A DNA stretch of 39,414 nt from Vicugna vicugna. Its lineage: Eukaryota. Made by a program: the position numbers and the translations under genes. Shown in pieces: positions 37,021 through 39,414 of the stretch. The notes below the pieces were generated by a model. The model had not been told where the DNA came from. It was given only the letters and a program-made list of their open reading frames with translations, and did not search any database. The stretch lies in NCBI GenBank assembly GCA_013265495.1, contig PNXW01004304.1, forward strand, positions 1 to 39,414, in the 5' to 3' direction. The stretch's first letter is position 1. Every line of letters begins with the position of its first letter.

Positions 37021-37319
37021 AGAATATGTAATACATAACATACAATAAATATGAAATTTTAATATGTGTAAGTTTAAATTTTTTGTACGTAAAATTTTAA
37101 TTTAAAAAAATTTCCCCAAACTTAATGTTAGCTTTCAGAGGACTAAGATTTACTTAAGAGTCCTCATTTACTCAGATCTGCAAACAGGCCTTCTTAGAAT
37201 TATGCAGCCTTTGGTAGTAGCTACCTTCTGCTTTCTGCTAGTGTTGGGAAACAGGATTTACTTAGGATTCTGCCCTGCCCAATTACCCTCATCACTGAGA
37301 ACATTTAATATTTTCTCCC

Positions 37320-37355
37320 TTTGTTCATTCATTCAGCAAGTATTTATTGATCCTC
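37320..37355 (-). mobile_element. L2 3' tail remnant
   Basis: TTCATTCATTCAGCAAGTATTTATTGA is the characteristic L2 terminus in antisense. Confidence 0.65.
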
Positions 37356-37589
37356 TAAAATACAACGTTGCCATCACATTGTCGAAATGGGTTGGTACTA
37401 CATCTTACCTACTCACTCATATCTAGGCATTCCCTGTAAGTCTAGAAGCCACATACTTGATTGTGATTTAGAAAGAAGGTTAAAAACCACTGTGATAATG
37501 ACCAACAGGCAAAACCAGGATGAAAAACATCAGCCAGAAAAGAGAAAACTGATTAAGAGGAGGTAGAACAACCCACATCGATGTAGTCA

Positions 37590-37825
37590 GTCATTTCTGT
37601 GCCCAGCCAACATCCCTAAGTGCCTGGGGAGTGCGGGAAACCATGCTAATTCTAGTGGGAATAAACACTTAGAGTCAGGTGACAAGTACCATGACAGAGG
37701 TGAACTCAGAGCATCTACTCTGAAAGCTCTTGGAAAGGGCAATAGCCCATCATGGAGGTAGGAAGCGGTGAGAAAGGGCGGCTCCAGATTAAGAGGCGTG
37801 AGGCATTTGGAGGGCAAGAAGGCCA
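37590..37825 (-). mobile_element. Degenerate L2 fragment
   Basis: TTCTAGTGGGAATAAACAC...GGTGACAAGTACCATGACAGAGGTGAACTCAGAG loosely matches L2 antisense. Confidence 0.4.
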
Positions 37826-37831
37826 GGAGAC

Positions 37832-38120
37832 TGAGGCGGGGTCTCAGGCCATGATGTCTGTGCAAGCAAACAAAGCTCAAAGCCTGTGAATACCTGCAGG
37901 TTAGAAAACTGAAACCTAGGACGACGCATCACAAGTGGCCAGCTAGGCTGTAAGCTGCAGGCAGCCCACAACTTCATTACTTTGCTTCCCCTCTTTCTCT
38001 GTGAGCTCCTGCCCGGGGAGCTCTCCTAAGCACTTCTGGTTTGGCGACGCCCTATTCTAATCAACTTTTGCTCAGATAAACTTAAAAAAATTGTAACACA
38101 CTTCAGTTTATCTTTTAATA
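37832..38120 (+). mobile_element. Degenerate ERV1 LTR (MER34/MER39-like 3' end); 5' boundary uncertain
   Basis: GAGCTCTCCTAAGCACTTCTGGTTTGG...TTTTGCTCAGATAAAC...TTTATCTTTTAATA resembles the U5 of this LTR class; flanks AGAC/AGAG may be a decayed TSD. Confidence 0.55.
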
Positions 38121-38279
38121 AGAGTTAGAAACTACTGGCTCTCTGATTGTTTTACCAGAGCCGCAGGTTTTGAGCTCCAAATGCAGTCGCTATAGACATG
38201 ATCCAGCCGCTGAGGAAGGAAGTTCGAACATACAGGTGCATGTTTGTTAATGATACATAGTGTCTGAGAGCTTATCAAA

Positions 38280-38440
38280 AGAAGTAAGTGCCAGAGATGG
38301 GGGAGGATTTAAGCCCAGGCTCTGCCCTTTACCTCAGTTGAGTGGACCCTCAGTTTTATCTACTATACAGGATTATCATGAGAAAATAAATTTAAAACCA
38401 CCAGGCATGTGCCAGCACTTCATAGACTGTTAAAAGTTAC
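38280..38440. mobile_element. Degenerate MIR fragments
   Basis: GTAAGTGCCAGAG...GGATTTAAGCCCAGG and CCTCAGTTTTATCT...CAGGATTATCATGAGAA. Confidence 0.45.
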
Positions 38441-38822
38441 CAATGTAAATCTGCTATGGTAAACACTGCAGGAGCCGCTTGAATGCTGACAGTATCTAAA
38501 CTACATATTAAAACTACATTTAACACTATGTATATTGTTCTGACAATGTGATGAGAAAGACATGAGACATGCTAATCTATTAATCCAATATTTTATAGCC
38601 CTTAATATTAATTAAAAATACTCTGCCTGCTTTTATTTTTCTGCTGTCCTCAGAGACTGTCCCTTAGACATATCAATATAAGCCTAATCTTTCCAATTTA
38701 GTTCATTTCTAGTTAAAAAATAAGGGTAGAATAACAGATTAGATGGCCATAAACTGAGATAATATTTTATTATTTGGGTATATACATTCAGCTCCCATAC
38801 AGTCAAAATTCTGTTTACCATC

Positions 38823-39152
38823 TGTATGGTCAGGCCACCCAAGATGGCTATTCTCTTGCTCTCTGTACATCCCTTGCCGGACCAGTCCCACCTTCACCTA
38901 CATCCTACCCCCATGGCCAGGCTTCCCTCTTAATCAGAGAACATAATCTGTACTGCCTACATAATTTCCCTGGCCCCAGCTAGTGATTGTTCCAATCTTC
39001 AGATCAGAACTGCTCTCCTCTCTGATAGCTTATCACAAGTTGTCAAAGGAACAGTGAGGGGCTTACGTGTTCTTCTGCTGGCTTCCCTGGTAACCAATGA
39101 GTCAACCTGATGTCAGTTCCCCCCATAGCTGGTAATCTTCCCTTATCCTCCC
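38823..39152 (+). mobile_element. 5' part of an ERV LTR, interrupted at ~39152
   Basis: Starts TGTATGGTCAGGCCACCCAAGATGGC (YY1-type motif); CCAAT 39094, TGAGTCA 39098-39104, TGATGTCA 39108-39115; no polyA signal or CA end before the CpG-rich sequence begins. Family recalled only loosely. Confidence 0.55.
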
Positions 39153-39414
39153 AGGCCCGGCCCCTACACCCGTAGATGGACCCGTTCGGTCAGTACCTCA
39201 GGTAGGCGGGTGGGCAGGCAGGCAGGCAGGCAGGCAGGCAGGCGGCAGCCGATCCGAGCAGCCGGCGGCTCGGCTCTGGGGCTCTCCCAAGCGGCGGCGG
39301 CGGCGGCGGCTGCAGCGGCTGCAGCGGCGGCGGCGCTGTCCCTCTGGGAGGCGCGGCGTGGGCCGAGCAGCTGCCGCGGAGCTTCGTGCCGAACGCGGCG
39401 GCGGCAGCGGTGCG
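39153..39414. promoter_or_regulatory. CpG-island / 5'UTR-like sequence with (GGCA)7 and (GCG)6; runs off the window
   Basis: Very high GC with intact CpGs; (GGCA)7 39213-39240; (GCG)6 from 39291; parent gene not recognised. Confidence 0.7.

Overview
Mammalian (eutherian) non-coding DNA with no protein-coding gene I can support; the many ORFs are explained by high GC content or low complexity. The window has three parts. (1) 1-~33930 is very GC-rich (roughly 60-65% by eye) and looks like a large intron or gene desert near a developmental regulator. It carries old repeats (L1MB 3' end, MER74-like solo LTR, MLT1A-like LTR, MIRs), short AT-rich islands dense in HOX/PBX/MEIS/FOX/SOX motifs, three recent local duplications, and an ~830 bp nearly G-free (CCTCA/CACCTCA)n array with about 35 same-strand T-box half-sites (TCACACCT). 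(2) At ~33933 the composition drops abruptly to AT-rich (roughly 35% GC by eye), exactly at a doubly truncated young L1 3'UTR fragment. It is followed by ~5 kb of ERV LTR, L1ME, L2 and MIR remnants. (3) At ~39153 an LTR is cut off and joined to a CpG-island/5'UTR-like sequence that runs off the window. The young L1 resembles camelid L1 as I recall it, and I saw no Alu, B1, Bov-A/tA, PRE1 or SINEC, so a camelid/cetartiodactyl source is plausible but unverified. Repeat family names come from remembered consensus sequences, not a search. I found no demonstrably new system; the best leads are the T-box array, the two junctions and the duplicated AT-rich element.
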